Assembly (NCBI GenBank): GCA_015233115.1
Contig: JADFYJ010000009.1
Location: forward strand, 12,163 to 76,162
DNA: 64,000 bases
Direction: 5' to 3'
Origin: Candidatus Omnitrophota bacterium
GTDB lineage: Bacteria > Omnitrophota > Gorgyraeia > Zapsychrales > Zapsychraceae
Under the pieces are notes generated by a model that was not told the DNA's origin, searched no databases, and was given only the letters and a program-made list of their open reading frames with translations. This document shows positions 19,671 to 29,244 of this stretch, piece by piece. Numbering within the stretch: position 1 is the first letter of the stretch; each line of letters opens with the position of its first letter. A program made the translations under genes and the position numbers.

Positions 19671-20678
19671 ATGGTTTCGTACAAACAATTAGGGTTCGTG
19701 AACACCCGTGAAATGTTCAAAAAGGCAATGGCTGGGAAATATGCTGTTCCGGCTTATAATTTTAACAATATGGAACAATTACAGGCGATCATGACGGCGT
19801 GCGTTGAGTCTCAATCGCCGGTTATTATTCAAGTATCGAGCGGGGCGCGTAAATATGCGGATTCGACTATGTTGCAATATATGGCACAAGGTGCTGTTGA
19901 AATGATGAAGCGTATGGCGAAAGAAAAGAATTTAAAAGAAATTGAAATTGCTCTGCATTTGGACCACGGCGATACGTTCGAACTATGTAAATCATGTATC
20001 GAATCTGGATTTTCTTCGGTTATGATCGATGGTTCACACCATTCTTATGAAGACAATGTCGCGTTGACGAAAAAAGTTGTGGAATATGCGCATCAATTTG
20101 ATGTCACGGTTGAGGGAGAGTTAGGTGTTCTAGCGGGCATTGAAGACGAAGTATCCGCGGAACATTCATCATATACTCGTCCGGAAGAAGTAGAAGATTT
20201 TGTCAAAAAAACCGGGGTTGATTCCTTGGCCATTTCCATTGGAACATCCCATGGCGCTAATAAATTTAAGCCTGACCAATGTACCCGCAATGCCGATGGA
20301 GTTTTAATTCCGCCGCCTTTACGTTTTGATATTTTAGAAGGCGTAGAACAACGGATTCCTGGTTTTCCAATTGTTCTTCATGGCTCCTCTTCCGTTTCTG
20401 TTGAAGATGTCAAAACGATTAATAAATACGGTGGAAAAATGAAAGATACTATTGGAATTCCGGAAGATCAACTGCGTAAAGCCGCCGCGTCAGCTGTCTG
20501 TAAAGTGAATATCGATTCCGATGGAAGATTAGCCATGACCGCCGCGATCCGCAAATATTTTGCTGAATTTCCGGCAGAATTCGATCCAAGAAAATATTTA
20601 GGCCCGGCTCGTTCAGCGTTAGTAGAAATGTACAAATCCAAAAACGTAAATGTGTTGGGTTCAGCAGGTAAAGCGTAA
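19671..20678 (+). CDS. fba: Class II fructose-1,6-bisphosphate aldolase
   Basis: HLDHG, SVMIDGS, GTSHG, VLHGSS, DPRKYL. Confidence 0.96.
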   Translation: MVSYKQLGFVNTREMFKKAMAGKYAVPAYNFNNMEQLQAIMTACVESQSPVIIQVSSGARKYADSTMLQYMAQGAVEMMKRMAKEKNLKEIEIALHLDHGDTFELCKSCIESGFSSVMIDGSHHSYEDNVALTKKVVEYAHQFDVTVEGELGVLAGIEDEVSAEHSSYTRPEEVEDFVKKTGVDSLAISIGTSHGANKFKPDQCTRNADGVLIPPPLRFDILEGVEQRIPGFPIVLHGSSSVSVEDVKTINKYGGKMKDTIGIPEDQLRKAAASAVCKVNIDSDGRLAMTAAIRKYFAEFPAEFDPRKYLGPARSALVEMYKSKNVNVLGSAGKA

Positions 20679-20684
20679 TAAAAA

Positions 20685-22697
20685 ATGTTGTCAAAAATAG
20701 CGTTAAAAATGGTGTCTGCTCTCGGCGCATTGCGTCGGGATCAGACACTTTTTTTAAAAATTTTATTTTTTGTTTTACTTTTTTCTTTACTCGCGGTTTT
20801 TTATTGCCCGCGTATTCAACTGCATACGGCGGATTTGGGCCGCCACATCAAAAATGGAGAAATTTTTTTAGCTCAGCATAAAATTATTTCCACTAATTTT
20901 TATTCATACACAGAGCCGGATTTCTCAGCTGTCAATCATCATTGGGCAGCAGGTGTGGCTTTTTTTTTAGTCTGGAAATACTTTGGATTTACTGGTTTGT
21001 CATTATTTTATATGGGAATTTTATTGGCTGCTTTCTCGATTATTTTTTTCTGTGCCGTTCGCCTGTCGAATTTTTGGATTGCTTTTTTTTATTCTGTATT
21101 GTGCTTGCCGTTATTAGTCAGCCGGCTGGAAATCCGCCCTGAAGGCTTTAGCTATTTATTTTTAGCGTTGATGATATGGTGTTTACTGTGTCTCAACCGG
21201 TATCTGTGCCAAGACCGGTTTCTGAACTCGACTGCGAATTCTCGCTCGACATCATTTTTTCAAACATTTCTTTTTATTTCTATTATTTTAATCCAAATTC
21301 TTTGGGTCAACTTTCATATATATTTTATTTTCGGTCCATTCTTAGTCGGCATGTGGTGCCTGAACCGGTGTCTGAACTCGACTGTAATTTTATCGAATGT
21401 TTATGGTTTGTGGTTTTTGTTTTTTGGAAAAAACAAATTATATCAACAACCAGCAACCAATAACCAACAACCACCAACCAACAATTTTATTTTACGAGAT
21501 CAGACACTAGGTATTTTGTTTATTGCTGTTATTTTGGCTTGCTTTATTAACCCCGCTGGAATCAAAGGGGCGTTAGAACCTTTTAATATTTTTAAAGAAT
21601 ACGGATATATGCTGGCTGAAAATCAATCTCCAATTTTTATGTTTAAAAGATTTCCCCAGGAGGGATCATATTTATATTTCATGATAATTTTTGGAGTGTC
21701 CGTATTAGTGTGGGGGGCATATACTTGGTGTCTGATCTCGGCTGAAAATTTATTTGCTGTTGATAGTTTTTGGTTTTTGGTTTTTGGAAAAAACAAATTA
21801 TTTCAGCAACCAGCAACCAGCAACCAACAACCAACTACCAACAAGTATATTTTACGAGATCTGACACCGTTTATTCTTGATAAGACACCAGATATTTTAT
21901 TTTTTATAATCTATTTTTTATTTTCTATTTTGGTCTGGAAAATGATTCGCGGAATGGTCCTTTGGGCACTAATCTCGATACCAATTTTAAGTTATATAAC
22001 CTGGTGTCTGATCTCGGCTGCGCATAGGCTTTTGCCATGTACTCGGCAGGAAGTTTTCGTTCCGGATCAACAGGTTTCTGGCCGAGATCTGACACCATTT
22101 TTTCAGTTTATTTTAATAATTCTAGGCATGATTGGCCTACTTTTTGGCCTAATCGGAAAAAACAACATTTACTCGCCTTATCAAAAAAATTATTTGTCTG
22201 CTATTGTCCCACAAACTCAACATTCTTTTTGGTGGTTTCCGAATGTTTTGCGCGAATTTAATAAATTACCAGGAACCATGCCCGGCGCAGAATCAGCTGC
22301 GAATTTTTTTAAACAAAATCATTTGCAGGGGCCTATATTTAACAACTATGATATTGGGGGATATTTGATTTTGAGTCTGTTTCCAGAAAAGGTTTTCGTT
22401 GATAACCGGCCTGAAGCGTACAGCGTTGATTTTTTTAAAAATACATATGTCCCGATGCAGGAAAATGACAATGAGTGGTTCGCGCAAGATCAGAAGTACC
22501 ATTTTAATGTCATTTTCTTTTATCGACATGATTTGACACCTTGGGGACAGTCTTTTTTAATCCGTCGTATACGGGATCCGCAATGGGCGCCAGTATTTGT
22601 GGATGCGTATACTTTGATCCTGGTCAAACGTGAAGGAAAAAATAAAGGAGTGATTGAAAAATATGAGTTACCTCAAGAAATTTTTCAAGTGTATTAA
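20685..22697 (+). CDS. Polytopic membrane protein (GT-C-like) with several in-frame repeat-derived inserts
   Basis: DLGRHIKNG..NHHW, RPE, WVNFH, FNNYDIGGYL..VFVDNRPEAY; many TM segments. Confidence 0.7.
   Translation: MLSKIALKMVSALGALRRDQTLFLKILFFVLLFSLLAVFYCPRIQLHTADLGRHIKNGEIFLAQHKIISTNFYSYTEPDFSAVNHHWAAGVAFFLVWKYFGFTGLSLFYMGILLAAFSIIFFCAVRLSNFWIAFFYSVLCLPLLVSRLEIRPEGFSYLFLALMIWCLLCLNRYLCQDRFLNSTANSRSTSFFQTFLFISIILIQILWVNFHIYFIFGPFLVGMWCLNRCLNSTVILSNVYGLWFLFFGKNKLYQQPATNNQQPPTNNFILRDQTLGILFIAVILACFINPAGIKGALEPFNIFKEYGYMLAENQSPIFMFKRFPQEGSYLYFMIIFGVSVLVWGAYTWCLISAENLFAVDSFWFLVFGKNKLFQQPATSNQQPTTNKYILRDLTPFILDKTPDILFFIIYFLFSILVWKMIRGMVLWALISIPILSYITWCLISAAHRLLPCTRQEVFVPDQQVSGRDLTPFFQFILIILGMIGLLFGLIGKNNIYSPYQKNYLSAIVPQTQHSFWWFPNVLREFNKLPGTMPGAESAANFFKQNHLQGPIFNNYDIGGYLILSLFPEKVFVDNRPEAYSVDFFKNTYVPMQENDNEWFAQDQKYHFNVIFFYRHDLTPWGQSFLIRRIRDPQWAPVFVDAYTLILVKREGKNKGVIEKYELPQEIFQVY
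21367..21508. mobile_element. 142-bp GGTGTC..GACACC MITE-like element, in frame
   Basis: Inverted termini; interior shared with 21727, 22706 and 26590 copies. Confidence 0.85.
21727..21868. mobile_element. 142-bp GGTGTC..GACACC MITE-like element, in frame
   Basis: ggtgtctgatctcg ... cgagatctgacacc. Confidence 0.88.
22003..22096. mobile_element. 94-bp element, same termini but unrelated interior, in frame
   Basis: ggtgtctgatctcggc ... gccgagatctgacacc. Confidence 0.8.
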
Positions 22698-23589
22698 TCA
22701 TATACGGTGTCTGATCTCGACTGTAATTTCATCGAATGTTCATGGTTTGTGGTTTTGGGTTTTTGGAAAAAACCAATTATTTCAAAAACCAGCAACCAAT
22801 CACCAACAACCAACAACTAACAATTTTATTTTACGAGATCTGACACCGTTACTCGCTGCCTTTTTATTATTTGCCACACCATCGTTCGCTGTCGTTGATT
22901 TTACCGGAGATGTGAACGAATTTATTAAAAATAATCCTGATGGTCAAAAATTTGATTTCATGAGTCGTTATATCGAAACTTTGGGGTATTTGGAGTCGAA
23001 TGAAAAACTTTCAAAACAATTTATTGATGTGAATTTATTGACTGCTCCTGCTGATAAAGTTAAAACTTATTTGGACGCTTTAGTCAACGCGAATGTGAAT
23101 TTACGGGTGTCGCGTAATTACTTAAAACGTTACGGGGCAGTGAATAATGGTTTGATCCGAAAGGTTGTCCAGGATTTTCAATTGGCATGTGATGAGTTGA
23201 TAACTAATAATCAGGGGGAAAGATTATTAGTAGAAAAAATTTATAACGCACAAATGAACCATCAAAAAAGATCAGGGATGAATACAAAGGAATTTTCTTC
23301 GCGCATTGAACAATTAACTGAACAACGACGAGGGACATCAACGAAAATACTGCAAACTTCTATGTGGGCCAGTAAAGTGTTGATCAGTAACAAAGTTGAT
23401 AAATTTGGCAGTTTGTACATGCTTGGGATATCCGCTGATCAACGGAAAGAATTGCTAGAACAGTTATCAAAATATAAAGGTAAAGAATATCGGGGAGAAT
23501 TGCGTCCTGGGCAGTCTTTTTTGCAAGCTAGTATAGCCGCTATCGCTGCGATCCTAGAAGATGAAAGCTGGGGAAATTTAACTAATTGA
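22654..23589 (+). CDS. Exported hypothetical protein; signal peptide interrupted by repeat insert
   Basis: Basic N-region, 48-aa insert, then LLAAFLLFATPSFA. Confidence 0.65.
   Translation: MKNMSYLKKFFKCINHIRCLISTVISSNVHGLWFWVFGKNQLFQKPATNHQQPTTNNFILRDLTPLLAAFLLFATPSFAVVDFTGDVNEFIKNNPDGQKFDFMSRYIETLGYLESNEKLSKQFIDVNLLTAPADKVKTYLDALVNANVNLRVSRNYLKRYGAVNNGLIRKVVQDFQLACDELITNNQGERLLVEKIYNAQMNHQKRSGMNTKEFSSRIEQLTEQRRGTSTKILQTSMWASKVLISNKVDKFGSLYMLGISADQRKELLEQLSKYKGKEYRGELRPGQSFLQASIAAIAAILEDESWGNLTN
22706..22847. mobile_element. 142-bp GGTGTC..GACACC element, in frame
   Basis: Same termini and interior as the other copies. Confidence 0.85.
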
Positions 23590-23618
23590 TTGACATGGTG
23601 TTAAGCCGGTTCTAATAT
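23590..23618 (+). promoter_or_regulatory. Candidate sigma70 promoter
   Basis: TTGACA-17 nt-TAATAT. Confidence 0.5.
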
Positions 23619-23637
23619 GTTTCAGGAGGATATAAGA

Positions 23638-23811
23638 ATGCAAATTAAAGATAAGGTTGAGCTGTTAAAAGATCGTCAGGTCGTCGATGAAATTAAGCGG
23701 CATTTATGGATAGAAAGTGAGAAGGCGGGACGCGATATCGGTTTTGATTCAGCTGCCGCAGACTGGCTAGAAAAGTTTTCAAAAACTTGGATGGATTACT
23801 ATTGGAAATAA
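23638..23811 (+). CDS. Small conserved protein (DUF4032-like)
   Basis: AGGAGG RBS; EIKRHLWIESEKAGRDIGFDSAAADW. Confidence 0.7.
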   Translation: MQIKDKVELLKDRQVVDEIKRHLWIESEKAGRDIGFDSAAADWLEKFSKTWMDYYWK

Positions 23812-23909
23812 TAAAAAAGGTGTTTGATTTCGACTAAAATAAATGGTGTATACCCTCGACAAAAATTGACGCCCGCCATCTGACAATTAATTATTTTATA
23901 GGAGAATAT

Positions 23910-25538
23910 ATGGATTTAACTTTAACAAAATTAAAAAATTTTTCAGGTCGCCCCGGTCCTATGGTTCTGGTCGTTATGGATGGGGTGGGAATTGGTAAAC
24001 GAGATGAGAGCGACGGGGTATTTCTCGCCAATACACCTAATCTGAATAAATACATGAAAAGCCCTCTATACGCAGAACTTCAAGCGCATGGCAAAGCCGT
24101 TGGTATGCCTTCGGATGAAGATATGGGAAATAGCGAAGTAGGGCATAACGCGTTGGGAGCCGGCCGGGTTTTTGCCCAGGGAGCTACACTTGTACAGAAT
24201 TCGATCGATGACGGCAGTATTTTTAAAACCGATATTTGGTCTCAGCTCATTTCAGGTGTAAATCAACAAGATAAGACGTTTCATTTTATCGGTTTATTAT
24301 CTGACGGCAATGTTCATTCTCATATCAATCATTTAATGGCCATGCTCCGGCAATGTGCCAAACAAGGGGTAAAAAAAGTCCGGGTGCATGTATTGTTAGA
24401 TGGCCGTGATGTGTATGAAAAAAGCGCGGGTCAGTATATTGATCAAACGGAAGCAGTATTGAAAGAATTAAACGCTCAATCTGGAATAGATTATGCGATC
24501 GCTTCTGGCGGCGGACGCATGGTCACAACTATGGATCGGTATAATGCGGATTGGACGATTGTTAAACGCGGGTGGGACGCGCATGTCCTTGGAAAAGGTC
24601 GTCTGTTTGTTTCCGCTTCCGAGGCAGTCCAAACATTTTATGCCGAGGATCCTAAGATCACGGATCAATATTTATCGTCTTTTGTTATCGCTAAAAATGG
24701 TCAGCCGATCGGGACAATTCAAGACGGGGATTCGGTGGTATTTTTTAATTTCCGCGGTGACCGTGCGATTGAAATCACCCAAGCTTTTGAAGGCGATGCT
24801 TCGTTTGAAAAAATCGACCGGGAACGTGTTCCTAAAGTTTTGTATGCTGGGATGATGCAGTACGATGGCGATATGCATGTGCCTAAGAATTATTTAGTTA
24901 ATCCTCCGGTAATTGAGAAGACGTTAGGAGATTATTTGTGCGCCAACGGGGTGACGTCATTTGCCATATCAGAAACTCAAAAATTTGGCCATGTAACGTA
25001 TTTTTGGAACGGGAATAAGACCGGATATATAAACTCAAAAATGGAATATTATGAGGAAATCCCATCCGATAAAGTTCGTTTTGACCAGGCTCCCAAAATG
25101 AAAGCCTATGAAATTACCAACCGCACAATTGAATTGCTGAAATCCGGGAAATATAAATTTGGGCGTTTGAATTTTGCGAATGGCGATATGGTGGGACATA
25201 CCGGAATCCCTGAAGCTATTATTACCGCGGTTTCGACGGTCGATGAGTGTGTGGGTCGTTTGATACAAGTGGTTAATGAATTAGATGGTATTGTATTGGT
25301 TACCGCTGATCACGGGAACGCGGATGAAATGTTCACGGTTAAAAAGGGCGTTAAAATTGTCAGTACCGCGCATTCATTGAATCCGGTGCCATTTTATATT
25401 GTGGATCAAAATTGTCATGGAGAATATTCCATGGCTAAGCTTCCTCATAAAGGTTTAGCAAATGTCGCGGCGACTGTCATGAATTTATTAGGTTTTGAAA
25501 AACCTGAAGATTATGAATCGTCGCTTATAAAATTTTGA
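23910..25538 (+). CDS. gpmI: 2,3-bisphosphoglycerate-independent phosphoglycerate mutase
   Basis: MGNSEVGH, SDGNVHSH, NFRGDR, DMVGHTG, TADHGNA. Confidence 0.96.
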   Translation: MDLTLTKLKNFSGRPGPMVLVVMDGVGIGKRDESDGVFLANTPNLNKYMKSPLYAELQAHGKAVGMPSDEDMGNSEVGHNALGAGRVFAQGATLVQNSIDDGSIFKTDIWSQLISGVNQQDKTFHFIGLLSDGNVHSHINHLMAMLRQCAKQGVKKVRVHVLLDGRDVYEKSAGQYIDQTEAVLKELNAQSGIDYAIASGGGRMVTTMDRYNADWTIVKRGWDAHVLGKGRLFVSASEAVQTFYAEDPKITDQYLSSFVIAKNGQPIGTIQDGDSVVFFNFRGDRAIEITQAFEGDASFEKIDRERVPKVLYAGMMQYDGDMHVPKNYLVNPPVIEKTLGDYLCANGVTSFAISETQKFGHVTYFWNGNKTGYINSKMEYYEEIPSDKVRFDQAPKMKAYEITNRTIELLKSGKYKFGRLNFANGDMVGHTGIPEAIITAVSTVDECVGRLIQVVNELDGIVLVTADHGNADEMFTVKKGVKIVSTAHSLNPVPFYIVDQNCHGEYSMAKLPHKGLANVAATVMNLLGFEKPEDYESSLIKF

Positions 25539-25547
25539 AAGGCTATT

Positions 25548-26546
25548 ATGGAAAAATCACCAGCCATGTATGACAAAGAAAAATTTCAAATGATTTTCGA
25601 ATATTCGCCTATCGCCATCTGGGAAGAAGATTTCTCTGCTGTGGCGGAATTGGGAGAATATCTAAAGAAACGGAAAGTGACAGATATCAAAAAATATCTG
25701 ACCGAACATCCGAAATTGGTTACTGAAACTTTTTGTAAATTGAAGATCCTTGACGTGAATATTGCGGCTTTAGAACTTTATGGCGCGAAAACTAAAAAAC
25801 AATTGATCGATAATTTAGGCAAGGTGGTCCATAAATCCGCCTTAGCGACTTTTGTTGATGAGTTTAGCGCGTTATTAAGCGGGCAGAATACGTTTGAAAC
25901 TGAATTTAAAAGCCGTACTTTGGGCGGACGATTATACGATGTTCATCTGAAAGTTTCAGTACCGGAAATTTATAAAACAACATTTAAGCGGGTCGTTGTG
26001 ACTTTGCAAGATATTTCTGTTCAAAAACGTTATGAACGCCATTTAAAGCAATTGGCTCAAATAGACGGAATGACCAAAGTTTTAAATCATTCTGCCATAG
26101 AATATCGTTTAGAAGAAGAAATAGCTCGGTCGAAACGTTACCGTTTAGAATTGGCTTGCATGATGATCGACATGGACAATTTTAAGCAAGTTAATGATAA
26201 GTATGGCCATCAAAAAGGTGATCAGGTTATTAAAAAAACTGCTGAATTGATCCGTCAACATTTGCGTGAAGTCGATATTGTCGGCCGTTATGGAGGAGAT
26301 GAATTTATAATTATACTTCCAGAAACACCGAAACAAAACGCGATTACGGCCGCAGAACGCCTCCGTAAATTATTTGATGACCGTATGCATGACATGTCTG
26401 TTAAAATACCATTTTGTACAGTTAGCATTGGAGTTGGAGGAATGCCGGATTCTGATGTGAACAGCTCGAAAGATATGATCAAGAAAATCGACCACGGGAT
26501 GTATGAGGCCAAGAAATCCGGAAAAAATTGTGTTATTTTAATTTAA
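25548..26546 (+). CDS. PAS-GGDEF diguanylate cyclase
   Basis: RYGGDEF with RxxD I-site (REVD), NDKYGHQKGD. Confidence 0.9.
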   Translation: MEKSPAMYDKEKFQMIFEYSPIAIWEEDFSAVAELGEYLKKRKVTDIKKYLTEHPKLVTETFCKLKILDVNIAALELYGAKTKKQLIDNLGKVVHKSALATFVDEFSALLSGQNTFETEFKSRTLGGRLYDVHLKVSVPEIYKTTFKRVVVTLQDISVQKRYERHLKQLAQIDGMTKVLNHSAIEYRLEEEIARSKRYRLELACMMIDMDNFKQVNDKYGHQKGDQVIKKTAELIRQHLREVDIVGRYGGDEFIIILPETPKQNAITAAERLRKLFDDRMHDMSVKIPFCTVSIGVGGMPDSDVNSSKDMIKKIDHGMYEAKKSGKNCVILI

Positions 26547-26549
26547 TTA

Positions 26550-27518
26550 ATGTCGAAAACATTACAACTAACTTGGTGTCTGGCTAACAGGTGTCTGAAC
26601 TCGACTTTAAATGTGTCGAATGTTGATGGTTTGTGGTTTTCGGTTTTTGGAAAAAACCAATTATTTCGACAACCAACAACCAACAACCAACAACCAACAA
26701 CCAACAATTTTATTTTACGAGATCTGACACCAATTCTTTTAAATTATATTCTAACCTCGCACTTAAAGATCAATCCGTTTGATATTATTGAACAGACGGA
26801 TAAGCGTCAAACTTCATTTAAATTTTATCCTTCCACCCGTCAACAAGCCCGCCAGTTAATGAGGCAATTTAATCAGTTACATATTCAAAATGTTTCGGTA
26901 AAATTGGAGGTTTTGCAAGATCAGGATTGGCAAAATAAATGGAAAAAAGATTTTAAGCCTTTTGCGTTAACGTCAGATCTGACCATCGTGCCAGCATGGT
27001 TAAAAGAGAATTATATTTTTATCGACAGCCATCTCGCATTTGGAACCGGCCTGCACGAAACAACCCGTTTTATGACTGAGCTGATTAAATCAGTTAAGGG
27101 ACAATTTTCCACTTTTTTAGATATTGGTACTGGAACGGGTATATTGACGTTGGCCGCGCTTAAATATGGGGCCAAAGACGTAACCGCTATGGACATCAGC
27201 GAAGACTGTGTCACAAACGCGAAAGCGAATTTTGCGTTAAACGGGGTCAGTAAATATCGGTTATTTTGTAAAGATTTTGCCAAGATGCCAGCGCATAAAA
27301 CATATGACTTGGTTGCTGCCAATTTGGTTTCTCATGATTTATTGGCTATGTCAGAAAAAATTATTTCACGCGTTAATAAAACCGGATATTTAGCCATTTC
27401 CGGCATATCGTTGGATAATTTTGAAGCTGTAAAAACCAAATTTTCAAAATCGCTTAATTGCGTAAAAATAAAAAAAGGCAAAACCTGGGCAGCTTTATTA
27501 TATAAAAACGGTGTCTGA
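26550..27518 (+). CDS. prmA: Ribosomal protein L11 methyltransferase with N-terminal in-frame repeat insert
   Basis: DWQNKWK, AFGTGLHETT, LDIGTGTGIL, ANL. Confidence 0.88.
   Translation: MSKTLQLTWCLANRCLNSTLNVSNVDGLWFSVFGKNQLFRQPTTNNQQPTTNNFILRDLTPILLNYILTSHLKINPFDIIEQTDKRQTSFKFYPSTRQQARQLMRQFNQLHIQNVSVKLEVLQDQDWQNKWKKDFKPFALTSDLTIVPAWLKENYIFIDSHLAFGTGLHETTRFMTELIKSVKGQFSTFLDIGTGTGILTLAALKYGAKDVTAMDISEDCVTNAKANFALNGVSKYRLFCKDFAKMPAHKTYDLVAANLVSHDLLAMSEKIISRVNKTGYLAISGISLDNFEAVKTKFSKSLNCVKIKKGKTWAALLYKNGV
26590..26731. mobile_element. 142-bp GGTGTC..GACACC element in frame in prmA
   Basis: Same termini and interior; extra partial left end at 26575. Confidence 0.85.
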
Positions 27519-27637
27519 TCTCGGCTGCCCGTAGATTGATAGTTGATAGTTTATGGTTTTTGGTTTTTGGAAAAAACAAATTATCTCATCAACCAGCAGC
27601 CAACAACCATCAACTCTATTTTACGGGATCTGACACC
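27510..27637. mobile_element. 128-bp GGTGTC..GACACC element supplying the prmA stop codon
   Basis: ggt gtc TGA ends prmA; right end followed by a duplicated tgacaccatttat. Confidence 0.8.
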
Positions 27638-27660
27638 ATTTATTTGACACCATTTATTGG

Positions 27661-29244
27661 ATGACTATTATGTTTAAACTTTTTACTAACAAAAAATTTA
27701 TCACCTTTTGCCTTTTGGGCGTTTGTTTAATCGGCGCAACATTTCGTCTTTGGCATATTACGGCTAATAATTTTTTTAATTACGACGAGGCAGTCTGGAT
27801 GGGGAGGATTCGTCCAATTACTGACGTTATTTTTAAATTTCGTCCTTTTAATCATTCGCAATTTTGGGAGAGTTTTAACACATTGGGTTCTGTGGCATTA
27901 AAAACTGATAAAGCATTATGGACTTTTGTTTTAGGTTGTCGGGCGTATTTTACTCTTCCACAAAGTTGGTTTTTTCCAAGAATGGTCTCTGCCATATTTG
28001 GTATTTTAAGCTTCTTTATGGTTTACTGTTTTGCTAACAAATATTTTAGCCAAAATGTCGCGCGATGGAGTGTTTTTATTTTCGCGCTATTGCCGGGTCA
28101 GGTTTATTATTCCCGATTGGGGATACAAGAAAGCATGGTGATATTTTTATTTTTAACGGGAGTTTATTTTTATTTATTTCGCTGTCGCTGGTGGCAGCAA
28201 GCTTTATTTTCCGGATTTTTTTGGGGTTGTGTTTTTTTGGCGGATTACCGCATGATTATTATTCCGGGACTGATTTTGTTCGCGGAAGCATATTGGGGGT
28301 TGGTTGAAAAAAAAGGATTTCAGAGTCGGCGGTATATCTGGAGTATGGTGGTCTTTGGGGTAATTATTTTTGGTGTCGGGAGCCTCAATCACGGGGCCAA
28401 TACATTTGTTACGTTTGCCTGGATGTTTCATCAACAAAATTTATCACACGGCACATTTGAAATTTTTAATTTACTATCTTATCCATATTATTTGTTCCGC
28501 CTGGAAAGCGTTTTTTGGGGATGTTTATTTTTTGCCAATATATATTTTTTGATAAAACGTCAATGGCATATGGCTTTTCCTTTTATGTTTGTTATTTTAG
28601 TGATGTTAATTTTTTCTTTTCCTCAAGAAAAGGGCGTTCGTTATGTGTGTTTTGCCATGCCTTTTATGGTTATAGCCGGCGCGTTGATGGTGGATCAGTT
28701 AATGGCGAATAGATCGCGCACAGTTAAAATTTTATTAGGTATTTTTTTATTATTCATGAGTATTGATCATTTTAAAAAGGATTTGGCCATTGCTGGCGCT
28801 GAAACTGCGTACGAGGAAAGTGTCATCGCGATAAAAAATACAGCAGGCTCTAACGCGAAGTTTATTTCCAGCCAGGATGTGATTCAGGCTTTGTTTATGG
28901 ATGACCCGGAATCTGCCATGCCCGTTTATAACAATGTCAATTATTTTGTGCAGTTGTATCAACACGGTTATCGGTATTTGATTATTGAGCCCCAAGCGTA
29001 TGTGTCATTTACTGAGGACACCAAACGATTTAGTCCTAAATTAATCGGGCCTTTAAATTTCGCGTTAACACAATTGAAACCTGTATGGGTATATCCGCAT
29101 TTTAGTTCCATTATGCTGGAGCGGTTTGTCCTGGAACACAACGAAAACCTCACGCGATCAATTCAATTTTTACATGATGATCAAAATAATCACTATCATT
29201 GTTTACGGGTTTATGAGCTAAAAAATTTTTTTGGTAAATTATGA
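27661..29244 (+). CDS. GT-C (ArnT/PMT, GT39/83-like) membrane glycosyltransferase
   Basis: YDEA, R.VSAIFG, YYSR...E; many TM segments. Confidence 0.75.
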   Translation: MTIMFKLFTNKKFITFCLLGVCLIGATFRLWHITANNFFNYDEAVWMGRIRPITDVIFKFRPFNHSQFWESFNTLGSVALKTDKALWTFVLGCRAYFTLPQSWFFPRMVSAIFGILSFFMVYCFANKYFSQNVARWSVFIFALLPGQVYYSRLGIQESMVIFLFLTGVYFYLFRCRWWQQALFSGFFWGCVFLADYRMIIIPGLILFAEAYWGLVEKKGFQSRRYIWSMVVFGVIIFGVGSLNHGANTFVTFAWMFHQQNLSHGTFEIFNLLSYPYYLFRLESVFWGCLFFANIYFLIKRQWHMAFPFMFVILVMLIFSFPQEKGVRYVCFAMPFMVIAGALMVDQLMANRSRTVKILLGIFLLFMSIDHFKKDLAIAGAETAYEESVIAIKNTAGSNAKFISSQDVIQALFMDDPESAMPVYNNVNYFVQLYQHGYRYLIIEPQAYVSFTEDTKRFSPKLIGPLNFALTQLKPVWVYPHFSSIMLERFVLEHNENLTRSIQFLHDDQNNHYHCLRVYELKNFFGKL

